NCBI GenBank assembly: GCA_050613775.1
Contig: JBODTK010000137.1
Coordinates: forward strand, 310,001-374,000
Source: Neocallimastix sp. 'constans'
Taxonomy: Eukaryota
Length of the DNA: 64,000 nt
Direction of reading: 5' to 3'
This document shows, piece after piece, positions 43,084-58,540 of the stretch; the first letter of the stretch is position 1; each line of letters starts with the position of its first letter. The notes under the pieces are model-generated. The model saw nothing but the letters and a program-made list of their open reading frames with translations, searched no databases and was not told where the DNA came from. The translations under genes and the position numbers were made by a program.

Positions 43084-44854
43084 AAAATAAATATAATGTT
43101 AATAAATTTTAGTTTAAATAAATAACAAAGTTTATAGAAGTATATATATTTTATTAAATATTATTAAATATTAAAATATTGATAGAAAATATTATAAAAA
43201 TATTTTGTAGAACATTGAATAAATATAGAGTGTAAAAATAAAAATTTAAAAAAAAAATTATTACTTTTTTATCATAATTATATAATATATATGAAATTTA
43301 ATAATAACAATAATAATAATAATTGAATGTTATAATATCTTTAATTAAACATAAAAAAGTGTCTTAATAATAATAATTATTATAAATATTTTGTTTCTTT
43401 AATTTTAGAGTAAGAACTTATAGCATAATATCTGTAACACAAAAAAAATTTTAAAAATAGGATTATTATTTTTTTAATATATATATGTAATTATTAAATA
43501 TTTAGGTATAAAATTTTTTCATTTACAAATTTGTATAATATTTATAATAGTTCATTTTTTAATATGTACATACTTATTTCATAGTTAAGATATTCTTTTA
43601 ATTCCTTTTAATTTTTAATTTATTAGCATAAATATTACTTAAAATTTGTTCTAATATTCTTTAATATCGTTACCAATATTTTTTCTAATATTTTTTTAAT
43701 ATTATTACTAGTATTATTTTTTTAATTTTTGTATTATTATTATCATATTATAATATTAGGTTTAATTTTTAAAAATAAAAATGTCATTAACCTTTTTAGA
43801 ATAGTTAAAAATATATTTTAAATAATAAAATAAAATTATTTAGAAAATTTTATGTACATTGTGAAAATAGTATATTATATAAAAAAAGTAATTTATTAAT
43901 ATAGGATTATAAATTTATTACAATGTATATTACAAAAGTTTTAATTACTACATAATATACATTATTATAATTTTTTATATTCATATAATAATTAGATTAA
44001 TTAATTTTTAATTAATTTACTTAATGTATAAATATTATTTAAATTTACCAATTTAAATTAAATACACAACTTTTTTTTTTTTAAACAACTTTTTTTTTTG
44101 TATTATTTGTAGTGTTATTATTGTTAAAACAAAATATTTAATTGAATTTATCCTTTTGTAACTAAATTAGATAAAAAACAAAAATTTAAAAATAATAAAA
44201 TATTTTTACAAAAACAAAAGAAAATAAAACAAAAAGTAACAATTAATGTAAAGAACGTTTTTCATATTTCTTTTTTTATTTCTTTTTTTAATTTTATAAA
44301 TAATAATGAGCGGTAAATGAATTAAATTTTAAAAAATTATAATATATATATATATATAATAAATTCTTATATAAAATAGAAAAAGAAAGAAAAAAAAGAG
44401 AAAAAGAGAAACTTTATTTCAATTAATATATACAATAATAATAATAATAATAAAGCTTTGAAGTCAAAAAAAAAAGAAAGAAAAAACCTATTGCTTAAAA
44501 GTATTAAATAAAATAATGTTATTCTAAGTAAATTTAAATTTACACCTTTTTTTTTATAATTATTTATTTTTTATTAAAATAGTTATTTAAAATTAAATAC
44601 TTATTAATAATATATATTTTTAAATATTTAATTTAAAATTTTAAAAGTAATAGTATTATAATTCATTACTACAAATAATTATTATATATTTTTTAATTAT
44701 AGTTTAATAAGATAACATAAAATACTATTATATATTCTTCAATTTCATTATTTTATTCTTAAAAAAAAAGTATTTAAGAAAGCGATTTTTTCTTTTAAAA
44801 AAATATATATATATTATTTAATATAGAAATTTTAATAATATAATTTAAAACAAA

Positions 44855-46248
44855 ATGAATATTTACGAAGAATTAAGAAAAAAGAGGCCAGCTCATCCAA
44901 GTATTGGTCCAGAATTTCGTTCTAATTCCTCCTCTTCAACAAAAACAGCTTATGAAACGAATGAAAATTCATATCAAAATCAACAATATAATTATATGCA
45001 ACCAAAAGAAATTTCAGATGAAGTTTTTTTCTTACAAACGCCTTCATCATTTGTAACCGGACCACCTTCTAAAAATCACTGGAAGGTAAAAATAGTACCA
45101 ATAAGTACCATTATTAAATATATAAAATAATAATAATACTATTAATAATATATATATACATATTTAAAAAAAAAAAAATAAAAATAAAAAATAATGTGAT
45201 ATGTACGAATATATTACATTTTTACTTAATATATTTATGAATTATTATTGCATTTATATATTTTATTGATATTAACTATAATTTAATAAAAAAAATTATA
45301 TGTTATTACAATGAAATGAAATTTCTTTAATTTGTATATTTATTTTAAATATCACTGAAATGGGCAATTATAAAATAATAATAAAATTATAATAATTATA
45401 GCCTGATTCTGAAGTATCAAGCTGTGCTGATTGTAATAGGCTTTTTACTCTTATTAACCGTAGACATCATTGCAGAAGGTAAAATATTTATATTCAATTA
45501 AAATAGAAAGTAATAATATTATATTAATTTGAAAAAATATAATATACTTAATATAACTGCTTTATAAAATATATGTAAAGATGTGGCGATATATTCTGTG
45601 GCCAATGTACAAATTTTACCGCTAGATTAGACCAAGACTGTAGATTTAATCCAAAAGGCAAATATTAATTTAAATATATCATTATAAACCTTTTAAAATA
45701 ATAATTGTAATAATAATTTATCATTTTATATATCACATTTTATATATTTTTATAGGCATTGAATCTAGAATATGTAGAAAATGTATTGATGAAAGAGAAA
45801 ATAAAATAAAAATGAAAATAAATAATTCAACACCCTCAAGGTATAGAGCAACAAGAAGTAATACAACCCCAGGGATACATGGAGGTAATATAATTATTAA
45901 CTTTAATCTCTATAATTCTAGATAATTTAGAATCACATTCTAAATGTATATAATGAAAATATCTTTTTTATTAGAAACTAATAATTATTATAATCAAAAT
46001 TCTGAAAATATTTCAATAAATAATCCATCACCTGTTCCAGGTTAATTTTATTGCATTAAACAAAAAAAAAAAAAATAAAAATAATGATAACAATAATAAT
46101 AATTATAAACTAATTTATATTAATATTAATAATTTTTTAAAAGAATAATAAATTAATTGATATAATTTTTATAATTATTTAATAATTAGATCTAGCACCT
46201 GCAACGCTTATGTCAGTTCCAAATGACTGGACATGGAGTACATTCTAA
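44855..46248 (+). CDS. FYVE zinc-finger protein (6 exons)
   Basis: HWK|PD, CADC..FTLINRRHHCR|RCGDIFCGQC, RICRKC, and C-terminal SVPNDWTWSTF. Intron 3 probably has a GC donor. Confidence 0.92.
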
Positions 46249-46369
46249 TGAAAAAATTAAAACAAAGAAATAAATAAAAAATTAATATATATATATTTAA
46301 TTTTGAATATATTCAAATACTTATTATTTTTAAATTAATACTTAAATATGAAATTTATATTTATATATA

Positions 46370-46427
<58 letters not shown>

Positions 46428-46944
46428 AAAATAAAATATATGAATTATTATATTTTTTTATTGAAAAGAAAACTAATATAATTAAATAACAACACCAATA
46501 ACAATAATAAATCAAACAAACTTCTATATTTTTCCATAATTAAATTTAATAAATTTTTATAAATTATATTCTATAAAATATAAATATACATAAATATGCA
46601 AGCAAAATGTATATACAATAAATACAATACAATATTATAAATAATAATAATAATAATAATAATTATAATAATACATTAAAACGTCATAATTAACATCATT
46701 TCTGTTAAAATAAATTTAAATAGAATTTTTCAAAATATGAAATATATATATATAATATATATAATTCTATATATTCAAAAATTATATTACTATTAAATAA
46801 AGATAAATAAAAAAAAAAAAAAAAAATGAAAATGATAAAAATATATATCATTGTATTTTTTATTTTATATTTATATTTCATATCATTTTAGTTAAATCTA
46901 TTTAGTTAAATAGTTTTTAAGGTAAATTTTTTATTTATTTTCAG

Positions 46945-48170
46945 TTATATTAATGTAGAAGAAGTAGAGGTTAAAGAGGAAGAAGAAGGAAAAGAGAAAG
47001 TGGATACTAATGTAAAAGAAAAAGTTAAAGAGAAAGCTGTAAATATTGATATTCATATTAACAAAGAAGAAATCAAAAAAAAAAAAAAAAAAAAATGAAA
47101 AATAATACAAATGTAAAGGGAAAAATTAATGAAGAAAATATGAACTTTAATATAAATGAAAAAAAAAAAAAAAATTAAAGAGACGCTTACTAATAATGAT
47201 GAAAATAAACTTGCTTAAAATATATAAATAAAAAAAATGAAAGAAATTAAATTTCCCTAAAGAAATAATTTTTATTTAGATGACATTTTGAATGAAAGTA
47301 TAATCCATAAAAATCAATTAAAATTTTTATTAAAAAGATCATAATCGTCATTCATTCCTCAGTTTAGCGTTGCCATTTGAAATACCATTTATTACACAAA
47401 TTCAATTAAATAAGATTGATGATAAAAGAAACAAAATTTCAATTCCAGGCATTGAAACAATTGTTATACTCCGAAGAAGAAAATCTGTTAACTTTTATAG
47501 AAATACCTTCAAAAAGGTTTGTTATTTTAAATCAACTAAAAAAGCCAGAAGACATTCATTCCGGTGATGTTCAAATTAAAGAATATAAAAAATCTTAATA
47601 TTCAAATAAAACTTTAATGAATACAGAAATTCAAAAGCTACTTATCAAATGAAATTATAGGGAAAAGAAAATATAATAATTTAAGTAAAATGACTTAAAA
47701 TATATGAATCAATCCTGAACCAGTGAAATAAATGATAATAATTATGAAAATCCAATAATTTTATCCTCAAAACTACCATAGATTCTGATGTATTGACTAC
47801 TACTACTTTAAATTTATCATCTGGATAAGAAAAGAAAATATCAATTATAAAAATCAATTTCTTCCTTGTAATAATCCATCATCTTCAAAAAATTAAGAGA
47901 AAAAAAAAAAAAAAAAAAAATGAAAATGAAAATAACAAATCAATCAATAATACAATTGGTCGATGCTAAAATTTCTTAATAGTTTTAAAAATAATTTAAT
48001 TCTATACGTCAATATAATAGTAACAATAGTTGGGTAATGAAGGAAATTAAAAGGAACAAAGTGATACTGAAATTCCTCAACCTTATAAAAATAAATATAA
48101 ATTTATATAACTACAGTTCATTGTATGCAAATTCATCCATGAGAAATATGTATGATGGATACTTAAAATG
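46945..48170 (+). pseudogene. Heavily degraded coding-like relic (Glu/Lys-rich start), possibly from a transposon
   Basis: Purine-rich, codon-like sequence (VEEVEVKEEEEGKEKVD..) with overlapping short ORFs 47370..47567 and 47416..47598 and many stops. No family recognised. Confidence 0.3.
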
Positions 48171-48756
48171 AATTCTTCTATGTTAAGCAATACAAATTCT
48201 TTCTTTTAAACTACATATATTTTACCAAAGCATGATTGTTAATAATATTTTTTTTTTTCCAAAATATAAATATTCACATATCATTTTCAGTCATAACACT
48301 TATATATAGCACAAAAACAAAGCAAGTCATTTTAAAATAAACAATTTTGGTTATCATTATTAATATAATATATATAATATATATAATATAATTTTTTTTT
48401 TTTATTTTTGTTTTTGTTTTGTTTTATTTTGTGTAATAAATATTTTATATCATTTCAAATCTCTATTATGGATTTATTTTATTATTATTACTTATTCAAT
48501 TATGTAAATATAAAAAAAGATTTTTTTTTTTTTTTTTTTTATTCAGAATAGAAATTAATGAAAAGCATTATTGATATAGTTTTAAAGAAGTATTATGGAA
48601 ATTTTAAAACATTATCGTAAATATATCAATTAAAAGTATCAAATGTATTATCATTTTATACAGATATTTCAATATATATATAAACAAACTAAGCAGAGAA
48701 ATGAAATTTTAATTTTAATTTATTTTATTGTTGTTGTAAATTTTTATTATTAATAT

Positions 48757-48812
<56 letters not shown>

Positions 48813-49552
48813 TGAAAAATAAGAATTAAAATAAATCATTAAGAAATAAAGTGATTAATAGAACAAATGATAATAATAGTTTTTATTGTTGGCAAATGGT
48901 TATTTAACAGAATGTGTAAATTAATAACAATAATAATAACAATAATAATATATATATATATATATTATCATTCTTTAACCTTTCTAATAAATTTTTCAAA
49001 AATAAATAAATTTATTTATTCCAATATATATTATTATAATTTTTTTTCATCTATCTCTGTATTACTTATGGGATGAGAGGTTTAAAAACATTAAATGCCT
49101 TTGCCAATGTTGGAAAAAGTGCTCTATCTATTTATCTTATTAATATTTATAATATATATATATATATATATGAAAAGGAAAATTTTAAATTTAATGAATA
49201 AATAATAATGCATTATGAAGTTGCTAAAAATAATACACAATTAAGAATGATGAAGGAGGTGACTTGTTATCAACCGAATTTCTCGAATGCTTTTACAGTA
49301 ATTCAGGAATTAAATAAGTTAATTATGATAATAAAATAATAACTTATATTAATATTTTTAAATATATAATAAGGTTTTTATACTATATATCTTCTATTAA
49401 TATACAGAAAAAAGTACACAAGTATATACCAAATATACAAAATTATTAAAAGTTTATTCATAAAAATTTATAAAGCAAATTTATAAAATATAAATTTATA
49501 TATATTTATATACATATATATATAATTATTTTATTTATTTTATATAATTATT

Positions 49553-49587
<35 letters not shown>

Positions 49588-50818
49588 ATTCATTTATTAT
49601 ATAATTCTATTTATTATTTATTTTCTAAGATCAATTTTTATCATATGCTTTATTAATACATTTTTTTACTTTTATTATAAAACTTAATTGCATAAAAATT
49701 TGTCTCATGTTCTATTTAATTTTTTAGTGCATAATAGATGTAATTTTTAAAATAGAAATTTATATATATATATATATTTTTTTTACTATTTAATATTTAA
49801 ATGAATAATATAAAAAAAAATACTTTTTTTTTAAATTAGTATATTATAGTATAAAAAAATACTTTTTTTTTTTTTTTTAAATTAGTATATTATAATATAA
49901 AATAAAAATAATATGTATGTTCGTCTATTTTAGTTTTATCTTTTAAAATAAAAAAATATTAATATTTTTTTTTAGTCTACAATTAATATATATTAATTAT
50001 AATAATTAATATATATATATTAGTCTATTTTGGTAAAAAAAAAATAAATTTTAAAATGTCATAAACAAAACAAACTTTAATTAAATTATTATATGCATTT
50101 AAGCAAATTACTTATTCTATAGAAATTTATTTTGTTTATATTATCAATGTTTTTTCCTTTTTTCCTTTTTTTTTTATAAATAACAAAAAAAAAAAAAAAA
50201 CATGTTAATACTTTCTATAGTAAAAGAATTTCTTTTTAATTAAGAAATTAAAAAAAAAAAAAAAAAAAAGAAAAAAAAAATTAATAATAATCTATTTCTA
50301 CATAATTTTATATATGAAATAATATGATCTATCTGTTTCAATTAATTAAATTCCTTTTTCTTATATAATAATAATATTTCTAATTATGAAAAAAAAAAAA
50401 AAATTTTTTTCTTCTTTTGAACATATAAAAATTTCAAAGTATATAGTTATTGTTGAATCATTCCTTTTATGTATAAGAGAAATAAATTATAAAGATATTT
50501 ATGTAAATAAATATATTTTATATTTACTTTTCATTATTATTTAATAGTGATAATTCAAATATATAAAAGTGAATTATTTATTATTATTATTATTATAATT
50601 ATTACAATTAAATAATATTTAAAATAATTTTTTTTAAATAATAGATAATAAATATATTTATAAATATATTAAATAGTTATTTAAAAATTATTAAAATAAA
50701 AAAATTTAAATTAAAAAATATGAAAAATTAAATTTTATCACAAATATATAATTAATTGAAATTAAAATAAAAATAATAAAAAATAATATTAATAATATTA
50801 TTAATAATAATAAAATAA

Positions 50819-50857
<39 letters not shown>

Positions 50858-51430
50858 ATACATTACTAATACCTTCTATCAATATTATTATTACTGTTGT
50901 TTGGTAATAATGATATTGATAAATTATAATCATTTAGAAAAAAAATAAATATTTTTAAAAACTTTTTTTATTATTATTATTATTATTATTATCCTTTTTT
51001 TAATTTAATATATTTTTATCAAAAGATTATAATTAATCTTTCTTAAAGAAATTCATTCCAAAATAAAAATATAATAAAATATCAAAAAAAAAAAAAAAAA
51101 AAAAATACCCTTATATATATTTATATTTTATTTAATAAATGAAATATAGGTAAATTAACAAGTATGATTTATTTATCAAAAAAATAAATTTATATTAAAT
51201 TAAATGGATCTCATTTCATACTATAAATAACAATTTAATTAAATTTAAATAATTTATAACAATAAAAACCATAATCATTAATATATATGAGACTTTTAAT
51301 ACTACAATAATTATATATTTATATACATTTGGTTTCATTAAAGTAGATATAAAATTATTTATAGCATTAATAATATTTAAATTAAAGTATTCTATTATTA
51401 TTATAATATATATAATAATAAAAAGAATGT

Positions 51431-51532
51431 GACTTATATTAACAGTATTAAATATTTAAATGTGATAATTTTATATAATGAGACTTATATTAACAGTATT
51501 AAATATTTAAATGTGATAATTTTATATAATGA
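51431..51532. repeat. Perfect 51-bp tandem duplication
   Basis: GACTTATATTAACAGTATTAAATATTTAAATGTGATAATTTTATATAATGA occurs twice (51431 and 51482). Confidence 0.95.
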
Positions 51533-51647
51533 GAGCATAAATGTTAATGCTATTATAATTAATAATAAATAATAAAGACAATAATAAACGTACATTAAAA
51601 TTTATAAATATATATATATTTATATTTATATGTTAAAGCCTCATATT

Positions 51648-51691
<44 letters not shown>

Positions 51692-51957
51692 AGTTTTAAT
51701 ATTTTTTAATAAATTTAATTTTATTTGAATTTTATTTTTTATTCAACATTAATAAAAAATTCATATTATTATGATATTAAAATAAATTTTTCTTTAATGT
51801 ATAAATAATTATTTTTTTAAAAACAGCAATAGAATGAAAATTTTGTTATATATATATTGATGTAAAATTTTTTCTTATTTTAGTATATACTAATGTTTTT
51901 TTTTTTTTTTTTTTTTTCTATGATTTTATATCTATATTTTTATCAAAGAATTAAAAA

Positions 51958-53389
51958 ATGAATCCAAATTCGTATTATTATAATGCTCAAAAACAAAATT
52001 ATATGGCACCCTTGAAAGATAATCAGGAATTATTAATGCAAAGAAATTTATATTATGATAATAAGGGTCAACCATCTCATGCATCATATAATATGCTGCC
52101 AAATTCAAATCTTTTAAATTCACAAGTATACCAACAACAACAACCCAGTCTTAATGCTAGTCAAATTCAAAATATGAATTTAGCAAATCAACAGTTACCT
52201 ATACCCCAGGATATAAATTCAAATTCAAAGCTAAAATACGTTGATTCATTACAAAGAATGCCTAATGAATCTGTTCCCTATCAAAATATGAATGGTAATC
52301 CTCCAAACCAACCTATGTCACAGGAATGGTTAAAAATGAATCAAAATATAAATAGTTCAATGGGATTAAATAGAATGCAAGGTTCTCAACCATCAAATAA
52401 AAATATACCATATGGAAATGGCATTGATAATAGAATGTTGAAAATACAACAACAAAATCAAGCATTATCACAAGGACAGTCATTGGTAGAACAAGCACAA
52501 CAAGGATTTCCTCAAAAAAATATGTCAGCAAGAAATAATGAAAATGTGAGAACCCCTAATTTTCAAAATGTTAATTTGCAAATTCCTCAACCACAATCAC
52601 AGCAGTCTGGTCAAGAATATATTGCAAATCAAAATCCAAAAATGTCTATTACAATAGATAAACGAAATATGTATATGGATAAATCAAATAGTGAAAAATT
52701 AACACCTACTCAACAAAATTTAGCAAATTCAATTATTCAATATAGAAAAAAGGTTATGGAAGGTACAGCTCAACCAGATCCATCTTTTGAAAATTATATT
52801 AAACAATGTTACGGATTATTATCCAATCAAGAACAAATAGAAATTAATAATTACATACAAAATGCTTTTGTAAATAGTAATATTGTAAATAGTAATAATA
52901 GTAATGATATCCCAAAATTACATAAAAGTTTAAATAATAATATTAATACTAATAATAATAGTAGTGATAATAATAATAATAATAATAATAATAACAGAAA
53001 TATGGGTGTAGATATGGATATCAATATAAAAAAAAAAAAGTCACAAATACAACCACCAATAATAAAAAATGAACCAGTAAAACAGTATAATAATCAAGAT
53101 AGCATCAATTCTAATAAATCTAGAAGTAATTCAAATAGTGGACGACAAATAACAAAGCATGATTTAAATTCTTTAAAATATATGATTGATTCAAGAGAAA
53201 AATTTGATGAATTATTCTATCGTCGATTTCTTCCAGAAAAATATAAATATTTTACCCCATTACAAATTATGGGTAAAAATATTGATTATTATGATATTTA
53301 TTCTTTATTATCATTTGTTGGTTTTGAAAAATTGGATGTAAGCTATTTATTTCATTATTTATATTAATTAGAATTTTTATTTTGTTTTA

Positions 53390-53420
<31 letters not shown>

Positions 53421-53836
53421 TTTTATTTTATTTTGTTTTATTTTGTTTTATTTTGTTTTATTTTGTTTATTCGATTAAATATTTATTATATATATAATTA
53501 TTTGAATAGACCGTTGGTGATGGTATTTGGGATCATATAATAAAAACATTACATATTTTTCCAGATCCACCAAGGATCAGAGATGTATTAAGATCTCATT
53601 GTTTACCAATATTTCAACCATTTAATGAATTTATACTAAATGGTTTTACTCTACCACCAGAGTCAAAAGAAAATACTAACAAACCTCAAGTATGATAAAT
53701 ATATATATATATTAAAATAATATATATAATTAATAATATTTTTTTTAATATTATCATTATTATTTATTATTTATTATTTATTGTTAATTATTCATTATTA
53801 TATTATTCACTAATTAATTAATTAATTATAATTTTT

Positions 53837-53868
<32 letters not shown>

Positions 53869-54286
53869 TACCAATTCAAAATAAACCCCTCACTCCTCAG
53901 ACACAACCACAACCTCAAGATTATACAGGTATGAATCAAATACATCCAAATCAAATGAATAATATGATTCCACCCATTCAAAAGCCATTATCACAACAAC
54001 AACCACCACAACCTCAACAACAAACTGTATATAATAAGTCAATTCAACAACAAGCTGTAAATATTAATAAAGAAGGAATAAACAATTTAATTAATCCAAA
54101 ATTTAATAATTATGAACCAAAAATAAAATTTTCTGAAAATTTAAAAGATGAGACATTAGATGTTTTAGATAAATATGTAACAGATCCTGAAGTAAAAGGA
54201 GTTGAAGAATTAGGTAATAATTTTTATATAATTGTTTAAAAATATTAAATAAATAAATAAATTAATCAATTAATTAATAAAAGTAA

Positions 54287-54317
<31 letters not shown>

Positions 54318-54426
54318 TGAAAAATGAAAAATATTAAATATCATTCATTCTAAATTAAAAATTTTTTATTATATTATATTTTTGATTTCATTAAAATAAC
54401 AATGATAATAATAATGATAATAACAT

Positions 54427-54517
<91 letters not shown>

Positions 54518-55626
54518 TATATCTTTTTAATACTTGTTTATATATCTATAAAAAATATAGGTTTAATTACTTCACATTCACTACAAATGCAATTAAAATC
54601 AGGATTAGATACAGAAATAGTCCATGCATTAAATACATTAAGTATAATAAGTTTTGACCAATATACAAATTTTTCGTTAGCTAATGATCCGGAACTTATT
54701 ACTGTAATGGTAGATATGTTAGAAGATTGTTTAAAGAAGTTTAAATTAATTGAAGAAGATGAAGATTTTATAAGTTTTTCAAAACTTTATGATATGGAAA
54801 TGGATGATTTTGAGCAGGTTTATACACCCACTATACATGGTAAAACATTAAAAATAGAAGAAAAAATTAAAAATAGAAGTTTATGCTTGGGAAATATTTT
54901 TAGAAATTTATCTTTTATACCAGAAAACCAAGAAATTTTTGCTGAAGATGAAAGATTATTACAAGCTATTTTAACCACTTTTAAAATACAGTGTGATCCT
55001 CATTATCTTCAAGATCGTAATATTTTTAACGATAATGAAGAAAGTTCCGTTCAAAATAAAAATATGATTTCATATACCTTTGAAGTGACACCCATGAATA
55101 GTGGATCTTCCTCCATTCCTAATCTTTATTCTGAAACGGCAACCTGTATTTTGGAGCATAGAAAAAATGGTATTATTTTCTTTTCCAACGTTAGTGCCTA
55201 TGTTAAATTACCAAATGAAGAATTTACAAAAACATTAATCACCATTTTAGAGGATGTTATCATGAATTCGTATGATTCCTATTATATTTATCCGGCATTG
55301 GAAGCTGTAGGAAAATTAGGTATTCTAGATAAGAATAAAGATCATTTATCTTCGTTGACCATTGATTGGTATGATATCTTTAAGTATACCGTAACACTTT
55401 TACCTCAAGAAGGGTTAACCCTAGATATTGAACCTGAAGAGGTCGCATTAATTGAAATGGTGATGTTAAATTTATATAATATCTGTAGTTTTGAAGATGA
55501 TTTAAAAATAAAAGTGGCTAATCATCCTGGATTTATTGCCACCATGTTAAAGTTTACATTATACCCCGTAGAATTTACTAACTTTTTAATTTGCAGTAAG
55601 TTTTAAATTAATTTTTTTAAAATTAA

Positions 55627-55689
<63 letters not shown>

Positions 55690-56115
55690 CATTTAATAAT
55701 TTAATAATTTAATAATTTAATAATAATTAATAACAATTAATAACTATCAACAATTAATAATTAATAATTAACAACCATTAATAATAATAATAATTATTAT
55801 TTGAATAATATAAATATATATATTTTAGGAGATGGAAATAACCCTCAAGCTCTAATGCAATTCGATTTTTCATTTTTTACAAATGCCAAGTGTCAATATT
55901 ATATACAAACATTAACTCCCATATGTCAAAGAGCCATGAGAATATTACATGAAATTTCTGTTATAAAAGATAATAAACCTTTATTTTATCCGTTTGAAAC
56001 TAAATTAGTTGAAATTTCTATGATGAGTGAAAATATTATAAATAAGGAAATTTCTCAATTAGCAGGAGAAATTCTTTCTACCTTACAAGAAAAAGATTTA
56101 GAATTTGACTTTTAA
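51958..56115 (+). CDS. SWI1: SWI/SNF ARID subunit (Swi1/Sol1/ARID1-like), 5 exons
   Basis: Q/N-rich N-terminus; ARID-like segment (GKNIDYYDIYSLL..GFEKL..WDHI); BAF250_C-like region LQMQLKSGLDTEIVHALNTL and CLGNIFRNLSFIPEN. Exons are approximately 51958-53337, 53510-53689, 53868-54212, 54561-55595 and 55829-56115. Confidence 0.85.
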
Positions 56116-56129
56116 TTAATAAATATTAA

Positions 56130-56170
<41 letters not shown>

Positions 56171-56213
56171 AATTATATATGTATATATATATATGTATAT
56201 ATGTATATAAATT

Positions 56214-56245
<32 letters not shown>

Positions 56246-56305
56246 TATATCCTTATATGAGAAAATGAAAAATTCATCACTATATAATCATTTTATATAT
56301 TATTT

Positions 56306-56336
<31 letters not shown>

Positions 56337-56546
56337 CGTAATTTGTCATCAAAATAAATATATAACACCTAACTTATAATTGAAATTTATATAAAAAAAA
56401 AAAATAATAGTCGTAGTCGTTAGTATCATTACATTATTATTTAATCAATTTTTTATAGTAGTATTATTTATTTATTTATTTATTTGTTGTTTGTTACTGT
56501 TTTTTGTTTTGTTTTATTTTTTTTTTTAAAAATTTTCATTTTTTGT

Positions 56547-56586
<40 letters not shown>

Positions 56587-56852
56587 TTCGCTTGTTTCAA
56601 AATTTCTTTTTGAGAAACTAATAATCTACTTAATTATTAAATATTTATAAATATTCTTATATACAATAGTCTTTATACGCATAATATAATAATAATTGAA
56701 ATATAAATTATAATTAAAAAAAAAAAATAAATAAATAAATAATAATAATAATAATAATAATATAATTAAATAAAAAAAATCAATAAATATTTCTTATATA
56801 ATTTGATTTTAAAAGAGCTTTTTTTTTTTTTATAGCGAACTTTAAACTTTAT

Positions 56853-57007
<155 letters not shown>

Positions 57008-57283
57008 ACATGAATACTTTTTAATTTTAATACAAAAATAAAAAAACACAGAATTAATAAATATTATTTGTCCAATTAGAACATAATAATATTTAAAATA
57101 GTAATGTGAAATAAAATAGTAATATTCAAAAAAATAAAACGGTATAAATAAATTTAGGAAAAAAAAAAGTTCATAGGCAACGAACCTCACTTCCAAGATA
57201 ATAAAATTTCTGTTTTAAAAAAAAAAAGTGTAATTCTTATTCTAAATTAGGGCTTGAATTGAACCAATCTGAAAGAAATTATG

Positions 57284-57478
57284 GTCTTCTCTTATTCAGA
57301 GGCATTTGGCCCTGCTAGCCATCCTGTCTTAACTGGTATTTTCAGAGTTGATAGCTCCTTGGTTAGTTTTGCGCTTATACCATCAGGTCGGAATAGCAAC
57401 CCCTTGTCGAGTACTAGCCCAATGGCCTAATTTCTGTAAAGAGAGAGCCGAAGATCGCACCAGCAATGGTGTTTTTTT
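57284..57478 (+). ncRNA. Candidate unclassified structured RNA ending in a GNRA hairpin plus U-tract
   Basis: GC-richest non-coding patch in this part of the window, with a long interrupted terminal helix and CACCA-GCAA-TGGTG-T7; see findings. Confidence 0.3.
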
Positions 57479-57770
57479 AAATAATCACCAGAAATGATTT
57501 TGGTTCTTAAACAAAATATCCTCATTCCTTTTTATAATTTAAATCAATAATGTCCGCATCACTTCCACCAAGAAAGAAGTGATATAATCGGTACCACGTC
57601 ACATATATATTTACATACTCATTATTCAGAAAATTACTTAAATTAACACGATTTTCTCCTTATTAACACTATTTTCACTACATTAGTAGTAACGATACTA
57701 TTATTTTCACTATCACTAATATTACTATTATTAACAATATTATTTCTATTGTTATTAATATTACTATAAC

Positions 57771-57812
<42 letters not shown>

Positions 57813-58540
57813 TAATAAAATAAAAAAAAAAATAGAAAAAAGCATATAAAAAAAATATTATTTTTCTTTGATTTTTATTTCTTTGATTTTTGGTTTCATG
57901 ATTTTTTTTATATAATAGTATTTATTATTATTATTATTATTATTTTAATTTATATATATTATTATTATTATACTTTTTTTTTTTTTTTACACTGTTATTT
58001 TATTTTTTATTTTGTTTATTTCATTTAAATATTCATCTTATTTTTATTTTTATTTTTATTTTTATTTTTATTTTTATTTTTATTTTTTTATTTTTTTTAT
58101 TTTTTATAATTATTTGAATTTGTATTTATATTTAAATTTTTATTTTTTTTTTTTTTTTTATTTTTTATTTTTTATATTATTTTGAATTTGATCGAGGTAG
58201 TTGATTTATTAAATATTGTTTTATTTATTTACTATTAATTGCAATTTATAAATAAAAGTATTATTGAATTAAATAAAATAATTTTGGTTATTAAATTTTA
58301 AAATCTATTAAGATATTATTAATTATTATGGAATAAAAATAATAATAATAAAAATAATAAAAATGTTATTTTTAATTTTTTTTTTTTTAATTTCTATTAT
58401 TAAATCACATTATAATGTTTTTCCAAAATATATATATATATTGAAACTATTAAACAATACAATAAAATAATATCAGATATTAATTCATTTTTTATACTAA
58501 TAATATAAATTTGTTTTCTTTTTAATTTTTATCCCAAAGC

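Noticed and set aside
49050..49310. Two short GC-richer patches as possible exons
   Set aside because: Could not be joined into an ORF or matched to any family.
57383..57402. CAGGTCGGAATAGCA as SRP RNA helix 8
   Set aside because: It lacks the pairing strand after the loop, and there is no fungal Alu-domain motif.
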